64,000 nucleotides of DNA, from positions 13,940,722-14,004,721 of the forward strand of contig OZ037766.1 of NCBI GenBank assembly GCA_964035545.1. The letters are read 5' to 3'. Below, one piece after another: positions 27,901-42,900 of the stretch. The DNA is from Bugula neritina. Taxonomy: Eukaryota > Animalia > Bryozoa. The position numbers and the translations under genes were made by a program. Under the pieces are notes generated by a model. That model was given only the letters and a program-made list of their open reading frames with translations. It did not search any database and was not told where the DNA came from. How positions within the stretch are numbered: position 1 is the stretch's first letter; each line of letters starts with the position of its first letter.

Positions 27901-30900
27901 AATCACAGCCAATGACAAGAAGTGAAATGCCTAAGAAGCTAATTTGTTATGATATATGCTATTAATAGTGATACCTTGAATGAAAACAATCCAGTCCAAC
28001 CTGTTTTTAAGAGGAGATGAGCACGAATGTGAAGATGTGTTAAGAGAAGAAATTAATAGAGTTGTTGAAGGGTTGGAGTATGCAGAATAATTAGCTATAT
28101 AAAAATTACTTTGTACTCAAATATGGTCTAATGAGTGTCATAGCCTAGTTAAACTTCCCTTTGTCATAAAATCTCACAAGTTTAGTAATTAGCCTACTAG
28201 TTGTAACTAACTAAAACACTCGTAAAATAACTTTCATCATCATTCATAGTCAGATAAAGAGTTGCAGACGTGCCATATCTACTCTAGAATGACAAATTTG
28301 GAGCTCCTCTTGCCTCTCTGTTCATTAATGTTGTAAGAACAACAAAGAGTTTTGCAAGAGTAGTTTAAGTATTTTACAATCTTTTGTGACCGTGTAAATC
28401 ATTGTTCTGCAATTAGCGAGCCGTGAGCAAGGCAGGTGAAGTAAAATGCTAGGCAGCAAAACAGTTACTTTAGTGACAATTCCTAACATTAAGTTTTCCA
28501 GCAGAGTTTCAAGATGTTAGTTATGGCACTACACCTTGCAGTAAGGCTGATGAATAGGTAGATGTGGTTTTTAATAGTAGTAATTCCAACACACGCAGAA
28601 CCTGGCTCTCGCTTCTTTGGCCATTTACACAGCAAGCTGATAAATTACTGTTTCTAGTTGACCAATAAGAGTGGGCATCATAATCAGTTAAAAAAGTCAC
28701 AACTCAGAATTAGCTCAGAATACAAGATTAGAATGGAACTTGTTTAGGCCAGTAACCAAGAAATAATTGAAATCCATTTCTTATCACTTTTGGTAAAAGT
28801 TAGTTAACATTATCCATTGTTCATCGGTTTGAGTAGAAGTTGGGTATTCAGAAGTCAACATTATAAGACTTTTGTCTCAGTATTGGCTGATTACCAGACA
28901 GTTTATAGTTTCAAGTCTCTTACAAGTCTAGAGCAATAGCATTTAGCTGCAGTGGTTAGGGTGGGGGCGCAAGTCCTTCCATTATTTTTATATTAAAGAC
29001 TAAACCTAGTATTAATGGTAACCATGTATCTAAAATAGGGATAACTTGTCAGCAGGCAAATTGAGATTTGAGTATAAACTACTGCTTGGCTTGAGAGTAC
29101 ATAACTCAATAATTAATTGATTGATTATTATCAATAAGAAATAAACATATATGGCAATTGAATTTAATATAGAACTACTGCCAACGTTGAGTTCTTTTAC
29201 TTTACATCAGCTGCTGTAAGTGAGATGGCAAGTTTCATTCTAGAAGTGACAGTTGAATGCTTTAGATAAGGCTTACATATGATATTATCATAATAAAATT
29301 ATGTACCAGATGGGAAGGGTCACCTTTTCAATGGCATAATATATGTTGCCTACATACTGTTATACATAAAATGCACGTCTAATATAATACTACATGCTAT
29401 ATAGTATATTATAGCCCATTGTGTTATACCTGCTATGATGCTACATAGCATGATATATAGCATGATATGTACTATAAGGTATACATTGGATAGTTGCTAC
29501 TGTTTCAGGAAGAAAAGGCGTTTAGCTTACACCTTACACATTGTTTTATGAGCATGAGAAGTATCTATTTAGCAACACAGTTCTGGAAGCCTTTAGTGCT
29601 AAGGTTGCCAAATATTTGTAAATATGTAGCTTTGCTTCAATACAGGTCAGCAGCCTGGTAAATTACTAGTAGATTGGATTTTAATAGCACATAACCTAGA
29701 TACAGGTTACATAGTTTACAAGGTTTTAAAGCCATACTAGAATAATGAAATGATTTTTTATTAGCAGGATGTGACTAAGGTGTACAAAACAGGACTTCAC
29801 CAATTCAAACTAATTAGGTTACACAGATAAACTTGTTGACATGCATTTAAGCCCACAGTTAAGCTTTAAGCCAAAGTGTTTCAACAATTTTTTTTTAAAC
29901 ACAGTTTTTGTTAATACTACTATAATACAAGTTCATATACAGAAAATTGTACTTGGAGAGGAGTTGTCTTTCCTGGAATAGCTACAGTTTCTAATACAAT
30001 TATATATAAACTTGGTTCAAAAACCATTGTCCCCAAACCTGCTTTTTATTCACTCAAATAAACTTCACAGGTATTTTTTTGATTTGTGTAATATCAAAAA
30101 TTAAAACAGGTAAGATGTATTGAGAAAAACATGCTCAAAATTGCCCTGAAAACTTGTTTAATAAAGTCGGATATCTTGCGATTATTTTTGTTTCCAATGA
30201 TGCACTTTCAACTCTTTCAGATAAAATGGCCATACGAGAAGTAGTGGAAAAATTGAGATAGCCCAAGTTCTTTAATTTCCTTATTAAATTTTGGTTTGGA
30301 GAAGATAAAAGTATAGGAAAAAATAACATTTTGTACCCATGTCTAATTAATTCATTAGCTCATGTAAAGATAGCAAAAACTACTGCCTGTACTTCTGGCA
30401 AATATAGCTTTGTTTCCTTGGTTTTTGTTGCTAAGATCACAGGTTGATGTTATTATTGTATCCATGTTCCACTTACTCAGTGAATATGACAGTAATGGTT
30501 ATATTTGTAGTAAACTATTGAATAACAACTAATTACTAATATGTGTATTGCAACAGCTAAGAATAATACATAATAAAAGTTAGTATATTATGTTCTCTAA
30601 TGATACCAAACAGGTGGTTGCATGCAACATTATCAGCAGGCGAGTTAAAATCTGGACTTAATTGCAGATATAAATGCATTAAAATTTATAATTAAAATAT
30701 ATTTCTTAGGCAGACAACCCCCAAATTGTATTGATACAATAGCTGAAATGTATTTAGATATTTTCTTATTTCATAAATGTAACTAGATAGCTCTACTATA
30801 ACAAGTTATAACAAACACCCTCTCCTCTTGTAGCTAAAACTATTAGCATGCAGCATTATACGTGCTGCCACTATCAGAAGGAAACTATTAGGCCCATGCT

Positions 30901-33900
30901 GTGATTATGTCACTGCCAATTGCCCTTTCAACAGCAGTCAATAACTGCATGCAGGGGTTAGTTGCTAGCTATAGCTTAGCTCCTACTGATTATCAGCAAT
31001 GTTTTGCAAAAAGCCATTGCTTGCGTGTTTAGCAGATTCATAGCTGTCTAAATTTTACTGATTTTAATAGAAAAGTCTTTTTTAAAAGGGATGTTTCGAG
31101 CTCTGAAAAATATTACAGTTATACAGCTATTTAGCTTGCTGTTCTAAGTACATCATCTCCTTCACAATGTCACTAGCCTGTGCTACCAGCAGGTCATATT
31201 AAAGTTTAACCTTCCTCTTAAAGATCAGGAACCAGAGTTTGAAAGCTAGGCACCCCATTTTAAAGAAGCGTTTGCTGTATTGCCACGACTTGTTTTAATA
31301 AACATTAAGTAGTCTTCTGCTATCAATAGTTGGACCAGACACTTGCAGTATGACCGAAATGGTCCAAGATCACCAGCTTCGTAGCATTGGCACATTGTTC
31401 CATTGAGCTTTAATCAACTGCCAGGAGTTGCTGCCAGCCACGTGAACTTGGAACTATCAACTTATTAATGACAAGTTTGTTTTAGTTCTACAAGGATGAG
31501 AATGAGTCACCCCATCATATTTATGGGCTTGTGCCAAATCGTATAGGCCATTGGCAGTTTTATAATGAATGGACAAGTTTTCTGGGTAAACACTTATAAT
31601 TCCGGATAAAAATCAGAGCTTAAATCATCACTCTTGGTGAGAATAATACTACTAAAGCAGATATTAAAGGTGCTTAGACAGACCAATGAGGGATTGGGAT
31701 ATACTGTATAGTATCCTAGACAGCTAACCCCAGGGATGGTACAGCATATTTTGACTTACGGAGATGAAGTTTGGCTAATTATGTAATGTTGACCTCAAAT
31801 TCCATTGGCTTTGGCAATTGAAAATACAATTTTTAGGACTGGCAAACTTAGTCAACAATCCAATAAAAACTCACAAATACTGCAGAATTCAAAGTTGCGG
31901 ATAATTTCTCTTATATTTCAAAATCTGTTGATATAGCAAAGACCAAGTTCCAGCAGATGAGAGTTTTTTTGAAAAATTAAACCAATTCCCAACAAATCAC
32001 TGTAAATGATGCTACCTAAGTTCACTAACCCAGTAAGCAAGCAAAGGGGAGGAAATGAACATCTTCTCACGCAAGTGTAAAAGTTAAACTGTGCTAAATG
32101 CTGAAGCAAGAGACACCAAAATTTATTTTAATGAAAGAAACTTAGGATAAACAGTTCTGGCTCTTATTTACTCTGAATTCAGCCTTCCCTTCAATAGTTT
32201 GAAGTACCAAAATCTACTAACTCAAAGATGTACCAACTTGGTATCTCTACTTCCATGTTGAACCAAGAGTTGAAACTAATGCTGTTCACAAACCAGTGCT
32301 GTCATTATTATAAATAAGTAAACTATACTACTACTAGCCTTCAATGCCCATGTATGTTGAACTTGATATCGGGATAGAAGAGATGAGAGAAACACTAAGA
32401 ATAGAACACTGGATCTTTTAATAATTGAAGCAGTAACTGATTCCTTTTACTTATTATTAAGATTATGTTTCAAGTTCATTAAATCAGGATGTCACACTGA
32501 TACTCATACCTGATAGAGCGATACCCTATTTTTGCCTCATTAACAAAAAGTACAAGTTACCTGTATAGTTGTAGTTGCTAAACGGTAAGTCCAGCCAGCA
32601 CTAAGTATATCAGTGGTTCAATAATTGGAAATGAGAAATACAGAAATCTAATCCAATCTTCAAGAGACTAGAAAACAGTCACGTTGACTAGAGCCACTGG
32701 AGCTTAGTGTACAACAAGCTGCTATTCTTACTCATTGGTTGTGAGAATTGCAATCCCAGTAACTATGTCAAAGGTCAAAGTTCGTACATCCAACAAAATG
32801 CCATATTGTTTGCATCATTGTCTGCTGCAGTTGTCATTTTGACGAATTTAACCAAACCTAATCTAAACCTCAGTAAACTAGCCCAACAAACTTCTTCGGT
32901 GAGAATGTTTGATTAAAGTGCTGTCATCACTTGCACAGATAACAATCTCGGCCACAGTCAACACTAGTAGCGTATAAACATGCAAGTAAATGGAGAAGAG
33001 ATTGCAAACTCAGAGGGGAATAGTTAGTAGAGTTGTGTTAGGGAGCACACGGCAAGATATATAGATAAAGATGTATTATTTGTGTAAGTGCATCTTATTA
33101 TAACTCCCAGAATTCAGTTGAATGAAGTTGAGATCAAATGAGAAATTCAGAGCAATTCTGCATCTGCCTATCCCCAACATAGGTACTTGTAGTAGCATTA
33201 CTATGCAAAGCAATAATCATTTAATAATGTGTATAACTCCCTGGAAATTTAGTTGAAAAAATAAATAAATAGAATTTCAACTGGTTTTCAAAATTGGGCA
33301 AGTTACAATGACTTTGAAGATATTAGTTTTAAGAATGGATTGGGACACAAACTCAGATAGCCGTTTTGATGATGTGCCTATACACCATAAATTTTAAAGT
33401 TGCTATAAAACCTAATTTGCTCATTCTCTTCAACTAATGTTGCAAGAGTGTAAATTGTCATTTTCTATTTATTTCACTCAATAGGCTTTTAACTTTGTTT
33501 ATGCCCACAGATCCCATTAAACCACACCACTCAGCTAACTTAACCTCATATAAGTAATGTATATTCAAATGGATACACCCATTCAACAAATACTCACTTT
33601 ACTAGCATCCTCTTCTAAACACTGTAATTCTAAACTAAGATCCAACTTAATTTTCCTTTTATTCCACAGTTCACCGAGAGTTTCTCGAGCTTCATTCAGA
33701 TTTTCAAGAATATCTGAAACAGTAGTAACCCAATGTGGTGATAAGACAATGCGTAGGCTGCACCAGGCTATCACTATAACAGCTGTATTTACAGCATCTG
33801 ACTTCCGAGCAAAGATAATATAAAATACAACAACATAGAACAGATTTAAATAATACAATGTTTCTAGCTGACAGCTGCCACAGATTCACAGCAAAACTAG

Positions 33901-36900
33901 TTGATGAATATTACATCACAATTTGTGGAGTGGAAAAACATCTAGTTGAACTACTAGCATCAAAGATTTTACAGCATAATGCTGACAACAAGACGTAGCA
34001 CTAAATATTAGATAGCGTGGTGTAGCATATACCAGCATTATATAATACCAGCACATAACTGCACACTGCGCATCATATCACTTAGCATAACAAGAAAAGC
34101 AGTTATGAAAAGTTGAAATTTAGTTCAACTTACATAAACTAACATCTTAGAACATTAGCCAATAAAACAGGGTGAGTAAATTATAAAACTAGAAGTCAAG
34201 AAAAAACAAATACAGAAGTGTGAAGAAGAGTAAAGTTTAAAAAATCTGAAGGTCTAAAATAACAAGGGGAAGCAACTACTACATGCACCGCAGCTGGAAA
34301 GCTTTATGATATATTTTGATGTGATTACCTAATATATTTTAAAATGAAAAACGCTTTACAGCTGTTGCAAAAGTACCTTTCTAATATAATAACGTCTAAA
34401 AATATTTCAATAGTTTGGATTTGAAATGCACCATTTGAATTTTTTTTCAACTTAAAACTATGTATAAACATACTTTGTTTGAATAGCAAATGGATACATC
34501 ATTGGACAACCAAGCAGCAAATAATATAGTTCATGCCATAATGTCCTATACTTTTTGGCAAAGCAATCTAAAACTATTTTGACTTGACTTGATATTTTAA
34601 CCCTACTTATCCAGTACTTAGTATATTATGAACAAAAATGGTGCATGGCAAATAAATCAATAGTCTGTTTTTTCACAAGGGAGTTAAATATTTCACCATT
34701 TCTAGCTCCACAACCATGACTTAGTTGTAATTCGAACATGTGATTGTAAACTCTAAACTACACACAGTAAGCACAGTTTAGGGCAACTATCAGCTGTGAC
34801 AATTTTATAAAAACCGAAAGGCTTTCCAACATTCTTTTTGAAGACAATTAAAATACTCAACTAAACAGAAAACCAACAATATTTTAAAGTGGGTAATAGT
34901 TTACTAACTTATTGTCACATGAAATCCTTTAGGTCTGTTCATATGTGACAGGCACTATTCATAGGAGTACAAAATAAAAAAATTAGGAGCTATTTTACAT
35001 TGCAAATTTTAAAATGTGTAGTTTGCAGTTTGCAAATAGAACTGGACTACACACTATGAAAGTAGCTGCCTTTAGTTCCCTTACCGTGTATGTGTGTAAA
35101 GTCGTCACTTGCACTTTCGCTCCCCATTTTCACTTGTCTACAAAAATTATGCAAAAAACCATAATGTTGCAGTAAATGCAAAATAAGGTAATAAAAGCAA
35201 AACCTGAGTTTTGAGAATTAAATATGTGAGATCAGACAGCTCACAGTTAAAAGATAATGATTAGAGCTGGGTTAGTTGGAGCTCAGGACTCCTGGCAGCA
35301 GGTTACACAGATTTTTTTCTAACTTATATAAGCCTTTATTGTATAAGCCCTTACTATAAACCTAGATTCTAGAATGGCTCAAAATGCACGGTTGAAAGCA
35401 CGTGCTACCAGGATGCATTGTTAAGATTCTAGTGCTGGGTGCACGAAACTTGGCCTGCAGCAAATAAGTAATATATCTGCAGCGTATTTGAATTGTGCAG
35501 GGCATGCATCCCATATTGCTATTAGCTATTCGTAGTGACTGACCCTCAACTTTATCAATCAGCTCGAATGTTGTATTTGTGCAGCCTTTGAGCCCGGATT
35601 AATTTATACACATAGGACAGACAACTCTCTAATGTCAAATATGTTCGCATTTTCATCACGTGATTGCAGATCAAGACTTTCAACTAATGTGCAGTATATT
35701 CATAATGGATGGTTTCTATAACTATCAAGAGCCTCTGTAGTGATTGCCAATTAATTTAAAGGGCTGAGCCACAATGCACATGCATATTTAATAGCTGATG
35801 GGTATAAACCATGACTTATTTAGATAAGATACTATGATTGCAGGCAATCTTATTCTATCACAGCTGACAGAGAACATGGTATATATAGAACAGAGACTAT
35901 GAGAGCAAAGCAATGCTTCTGTTATATGTGATCAATGTGACATTTCACTTGCTGTTGATAACTCAGTTTGTCTCATGTAATGTATATACCCTGAGCAGAT
36001 CTATACTAATATTTATATACAGTAAAAATCAAATACAAATAAAGACTAGTTCAAAGCAGTGGCAGAAGGCCAGGATGTTTGGTATGGAAGATATTGATTA
36101 TTTCAGGACAACTACAACAGCTCTCTGTCATTTACCACATTCCTACCTTGTTTGCTACATAATTCCTACCACTCTTAGCGTACATAACAGATGGGTTCAT
36201 ATAAAATTTGTGACGTAATTAGATGTTAGCATGACAGTGAAACCAGAACAATATATACGTATTATTCGTGACTTGACAAGAGAAGTTATGTTCTCTTACC
36301 CAAGTTGCTCAAGTAAACTCTCGCCCTCGTTGATAGTGTTAACAGCAGCCTCTGTTGTCGCTTCTTTCTGCCTGTGGAACTGATTAACTAAAAGAGTTGC
36401 CTCCCCCACGTCTTCAGCTAACTTGCCATCCAGCAGCTCAGCTCTCAGCTCCTCAAACCACTCTGATAACTGCATAAAAGCAACAGAGAACTGTGCCACC
36501 TCATACAGCAAACACAGATTTCCCAATGGCTTATCAATTATCTATATTCACTTTAGTCTCACTGTTTAGACTTTTACTGATACCAAATGATATTTTACTT
36601 TTCTTGCTAATATTGATTGGGTTTTCAGTCAATTAAGTTTTCTTGGACTGGATAAAAAATTGCATTTCCTATTTGCTTTTCTAGTTGAAAGAAAAGAAAT
36701 CAGTCAAATCGTATGAAGATTCTGTAATACATTAAAATTTACCACACGTGACACTCTATCTACTTAGATATTAGACAATAACTAATTTACTCAAATATAA
36801 GTAAAAGTGAAAACAAAGATAATATATGTTAATGTTTCTGGTAGACTTGTTATATCAAGTGAATAAGTAACATTAATCTATCAGTACAGCTTAGCGGAGC

Positions 36901-39900
36901 TGTGATATAAACCATACTACTCATTTCTTCTGCATACTTTGCTCCTTATGATAAGCTACATCAAACTGTAAAGTTGCTAGTATAAAATCCCACCGCAGAT
37001 TATATACATAAGATAACTTCTTGGTGAAATACACTATAATACTCTACTACCTACTACAGAATAGCATTAAGTAGGGCATTTTTAACCAGGATATAGCAAT
37101 GAGTACCAGAAAGAAAAATTGAGCATTACCCATTAGCCACTAACTTCCCACATAAGTAAACCAACATCTAAGTTTTTAAGCCTCAGAATTTAATAAATGC
37201 AAACGAACGACTAGTCTAAACTTATTACCGTACCTATTTCTAGTACTGTAACAAGACTGCTAACTTTGTACACAGTAACCCTTTACTTACAGCTACTTAA
37301 ATGGTCTACCCACCTTCAGGTAATGCAGCCTCAAATGTTAATGAAAGTGAAACACACAGAGGCACATTGCCATTATAAGACAGCACGTGATGTTGTACAG
37401 TAATTAGCTTGCAATTACATGGTCTACATGCACACACACACATGGTCTATAACTATATAGTATGTGTTATATATGTATATTATATTGTATGTTTAGGCCT
37501 GGCTTATTGATAGAAATCTTAACTAACTTAAATCAATCAATTTCCACTCTGAAACTAATGTACCTATTTTGAAGGGCACATATAATGTTACAGCCAGGAT
37601 ATAATGGTTTGCAGCCTCTATTTACCACAAGCATCTAATATTCAGCCAACATAAACTGATGAGACGTAACTCTCACAGGTGCCAAGTGCAGCTGCTTCAG
37701 GTACAACACGCTGCCTCAGAATATTTACATTAGTTTCCACATTTTATAACAAGCATTATGTACAAACAATATATGGAACAAAACTGAACAGGATAACTGA
37801 AGAGTTGATTAGCTATTTAACATTGTTCAACTCGTATTGATTGTTGCCACAATTTCATAATTTTTGGGGTGCAGGAAAAAACATTCCATGTGTGTAATCT
37901 GGATAATTGTTAATGAAACTTAAAGATATACAGAATATGTCAGCCTTCCATCCCTTTAGGGTAGCCCAGAACATTATACTTACATATATGACTGTTTCAG
38001 TGCTTTGGCCATTAGGCCAGAGAGTGGAGACAGTACCATAAAGATAAAGAATAGAATAACTAACCTCCTGTGTGTGGGTATAAAAGCTGACAGTCAGATT
38101 CAACAGGTTCTTTCTTTGCTCTAAACGCTGCAAAAACTCTCTAATCTTTGACTCTAACTTCCCGGCCTCCATGTTTATTTGCTCTGCGCTGCACTCTCCA
38201 CTCTGGGCCAGCTCGTCGGCAGCGTGCAGCAACTTTTCCGCATTAGTAATTGTGTTCTGGAATGTGATTCAAATATTCAGCATGAAAATTACCAACAAGC
38301 AACAAAAATGATTTAATAAATATATTAACCAAAAATCTATCAAAAACACCTTGAAATCACTTCTTCTATCAAAGAAAATTACTTATTTTTATAAAGCTAC
38401 AAATCTTATCTCAGCCGCGAACTGTACATTAACCTAACTCTGATGTGGCCATACCACACTTCTAAATCGAATTTAGAATACAAATCAAAATTAGCACAGC
38501 TCAAATAGAGATAAAGACGGTATTGATTATTGAAACTCATGCGCACATACCAGGATATGTACTTATAGTGAGCATATGCACCACCAAATACACCACAGGT
38601 CATTAGTACCTCTGGTAAGATTATATGCTGTTAATAGTCTCTTACTAGTTCAATAAGGAGATTTTGTGATCAAATAACTAAGTTAGCCCTTGCTTACAGG
38701 ATAACACTAATTTATGTTTTACAAAAGCTAAATGTCAGATGTATTAGGTGTTACATGAGGAAAGTTTAATAATTTTTACCTCGGCAATAGTCTCAAAGTG
38801 CTCGTGGGCTTTCTGCAAGCTGCTTGCTTTCTGTAAACTACGACCAACATTGATGTTTTTATCGAGGAAGACGTTACCATGTTCGTCCAGCCATGTGAGA
38901 ACCTAGACATTTAGAAACATGTGGGTACTGCACAATTCATCTGTGAACAAAGTTACGGATTAAATGCTAAATAATAAAATACAAATATTACAAGTATACT
39001 AGCTTTAATATTATGTAGTATGTCTATTCGCTATACAAAATAAAACTTCTCCTTATTAATAGATGGGTATAAGCCTCAATCAAAAGTCAAGCTGAGGTTT
39101 CATTTGCCAATATATCTACATTATATATATAAATTCTAGAACAAACATGAAATAATAGGTCAACAAAATAACACTGGTTCCCACAATTGCCAAAAAAATA
39201 TTAACTGACATTATATAGAACATCAAATGGATGATTACAAAGCAAGGCTTGGAGATGAGCTTGACATTAATGAATCAGACATAATAATGTTTATGTGAGG
39301 CTGGCTAATAGCTTTAGTCAAGAATAAAAACAATTTTGTGTTCAATAAATAAATTAATCAAAAACTCAAAATAATGAAACATCGCATTGCTCTATAAATA
39401 ATAAAGCCTCGTGTTACACAAGTAAGGTATTATACTATTACAAATTAATAATGAAAAATGTGGAGTTATCTGCTTTATGTGGCAACACATGAAAGTAGAA
39501 CAACTCTGGATCTATACACCTGCATTTGTACCATGCTACGTTTGCATCGTAAATACTAACTTCACTTGAAGAACGCACAAAACTAGACTTTTGATATATC
39601 AGAAATTACACACTAAAAAGTAAACAAAAAAGGGAACATACTTGTAGAACATCTTTCTGGAAAAGCCGGAGACCAAGTTTTTGGTTTAGCTGAGCTTTAG
39701 TGGCCACCCAGCAATCTTCTATAGTCTTATTCTTTTCTAGGGTCTCATGTATCATGTTGATGAGGTGGGAGGCCCCCACCCTGTAGTCAGCTTGAGAGAT
39801 GATTGAGTTGTAAGCAGAGCTGGCTACTGGAGTCTGAAGAATTTCCAACAGCTTGTTTCCCTCAGATACCACCTGAAACACCAGCAGACACCATACTCCC

Positions 39901-42900
39901 ACTCAGTAACCAGGTGTACAGACACTATACTCCCACTCAGTAACCAGGTGTACAGACACCATACTCCCACTCAGTAACCAGGTGTACAGACACCATACTC
40001 CCACTCAGTAACCAGGTGTACAGACACCACACTCCCACTCAGTAACCAGGTGTAGACACCATACTCCCACTCAGTAACCAGGTGTACAGACACCATACTC
40101 CCACTCAGTAACCAGGTGTACAGACACTATACTCCCACTCAGTAACCAGGTGTACAGACACCATACTGCCACTCAGTAACCAGGTGTACAGACACCATAC
40201 TCCCACTCAGTAACCAGGTGTACAGACACCAATTAGCATTCAAGAGTCACTCAAGGTTCACTGCATATAATGAAACAACACTAAAATTGTTCTAATATCT
40301 TGAGCAATTCAATTTCAGCTAAGGATATTTACCTATCGGCAATCGATAAAATAATTAATCTAAAAGCTAGACAATACTAAAGAAAGTATTGTAGCAAAAT
40401 ATGCTGCACTGAGTGAATAACTCCTACTTTCCACGGCAAAAAAGATATGATGGTCAAGTTTTACCAGAATGAAGTAAAAGAAGTTGGGTACCTTTACTGT
40501 TGTAAACAAAAGAAGACTAATTATAAATGCCCAAATACTGGACCCTGAATCCAACGGAAAAAGACTAATTATATATTAAAAACAAGGATTTACGTATAAC
40601 CAAATATGACATGGGAGGGCAAAAAAGAAAACAAATTCCTTAAACTGCAAGCTAAGAAAACGTAAAATCAAGACTTCTACTCCTCTGCTACATATATACA
40701 TGTGTATGAACAAGGATAGTAGCAGACGTTAGATTGGTATACATGATATACTATAAAATTAATCAGAATGTAACATGATATTAACTCACTTCATTGTAGA
40801 AAGTGTGAAATGCAGCGTGTAGATCATCAAACCTTGCCACAGCCTCTTCCAGCTCATCTATAGCATCTGGCACACCCTGGTTCTTCACTTCTGACAACCA
40901 GTTGGGCACATCCAGCATATACTACAGCCAAATAATTCATTAGAAAGCTACAAACTTATCTAATTGTTGATAACCATCTTATGACAAAATTTGTGCGTTA
41001 GTGAGTTGTGTGGTATAATCATATGAGTATTGTACATATAACAGCAACTGATGCAAATGACAAAACGTTAGGTTATAATACCTTATTTAGTGATAAAAGA
41101 TTTTTGAGCATCATTCAACTTCTTAGTAATAAGTGCTAAGACGGAGGTGCGAAGTAAATCCAAAATAATACCTGCTCAATTTTCTCGTGGAAGCTAGTAG
41201 ACCGGTTGATGACGTTGGTACGATCATCGATGGCTGTGTAGAAGGCCTTCCATTCAAGGTCTAACTTCTGCGCCTGCATTTTGACACTAGCAGCAGCATA
41301 ATGGCCAGTATCTGCCAGTCTGTGGGCAGTGGATTTAATCTCTGATACTTGAACCTGCACACTCTACAACCAGAAAATTATGAGTATGATAAGACAAGAT
41401 AAGAAAGGAACAGTTTTATTTTTTAATTTCTAGCAAAAAAACTTGCAGAGTCAATATAAATCAAGAAAAATGAACACTTGCTATCACCATTTCACTTACA
41501 TTTTTATATGACTACAGATTTCCGCTTACTAGGACCGCCAAATCAAATGTAAGTTGAAAGAGTACTCACTATCGATATACTTACTGTTTACTTACTGCTG
41601 ACGTACTAATTTAAGGCAGCAGGAATAACAATATACATATTCTAACCTCACAAGTTGTTGCAAACTCAATGTGTTGGGATTGCAGCTCGTGAGCCTGATG
41701 GAAAGAAGTGCCAATATCTGTATAAGTCATTAGGAACTTTTCCTTCTCGTGAGCTATCCATCGTAACATCTGCAATTAGCGAAAGTATTGGTGCAAATAC
41801 CTACCGTATGGCAACTCAAAGCTATAATATATTTCTATTTAACAATAAAGATACCTATAATACTTAAAATTCAAGGATGTGTAATATAACATTTGAAGCT
41901 AACGAAATCATTCCAGCAAATCAATAAAACTAGTATACCTCAGTGATTAGTATAGAGATTTAATAATCTGTAGTTTTGTCTTTTAAAGAAAAAGAATAAT
42001 CTTCAACATTTAAATACTTAAAATTCAAGGATGTGTAATATAACATTTGAAGCTACTGAAATCATTCTCAGTGATTAGTATAGCAATTATACTTGCTGTA
42101 TTTTTAGCAAAATATCAAATTTAACTCATTTATAATATCTAAGTCAGTTAACGACTCGAATTGATTTTTTATATAGCAAGAATATAAGTTTCAAGCGCCA
42201 TTTTTCCTATAGAACAGTCACTATAAATGTGTGCCAAAGAATAAAACTCATTATGTAAGTTTATTAGCTCTACAGGAAATAGAATATGCAGAACATACCT
42301 GTTCGACATCACGCTGAAAGAGTTGAAGTTGCAGACACTGATCAAGTTGTACTTTGCGCTGATGCCAAGTTTCCTGCACATTAGTTCTAGAGATATGCAT
42401 TCTGTTAAGTAAAGTGGTGATGTGTTTGGTGGCCTGGGAATACTCCGAGTCACCTGGTAGCAGGTAATAATATATAGGATTACTGATCGAGTGTCGCCAC
42501 ACTGAAGATGAGGCTAAATGTAAGCAACACTACGAGATTAGTGTGGGCCAAACATGGAGTTGCTCTTCCAATTTCATTTGCACTACTTGAATGCTGAAAT
42601 GAATTTTCTAATGTTTATTCACCTGGTAACAGGTAATGAAATATACACTAAGTAGTTTCCTTATGTGTTGCTGCAGATTCTTTGAAGAACGAGAGCACAA
42701 CTCAATGTAATACCCCCTGTTCAGTCACACTAAGTATGAATAACTGATAAAGAAAGCAGGAAGGACCACACAGTGCACACATGATACCTTATATAGGGTA
42801 CATAATACTGAATATCACGTAGCAATGCATAGTAGAGTGTCAAACGCAAAAACTCAAATGCCACACTGACAAGCAATTGTAGAGCAAAGGCTACATCGAT

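Noticed and set aside
29990-30350. Possible DNA-transposon/MITE remnants (also ~8660-8760 and ~60880-61300)
   Set aside because: Could not establish paired terminal inverted repeats or TSDs by eye.
31340-31390. Minus-strand [14 protein letters not shown] resembling a gag zinc knuckle
   Set aside because: Two of four ligands are missing and there is no ORF context; the + strand LINE-remnant reading fits at least as well.
33714-33757. Phase-2 acceptor tgcag| at 33757 joining exon 36300 directly
   Set aside because: Poor pyrimidine tract; the 53-nt exon 35085-35137 plus the acceptor at 33713 gives better signals and keeps frame.
39885-40230. 34-bp repeats of CRISPR-like length
   Set aside because: Head-to-tail with no unique spacers, inside a eukaryotic intron, and no cas genes.
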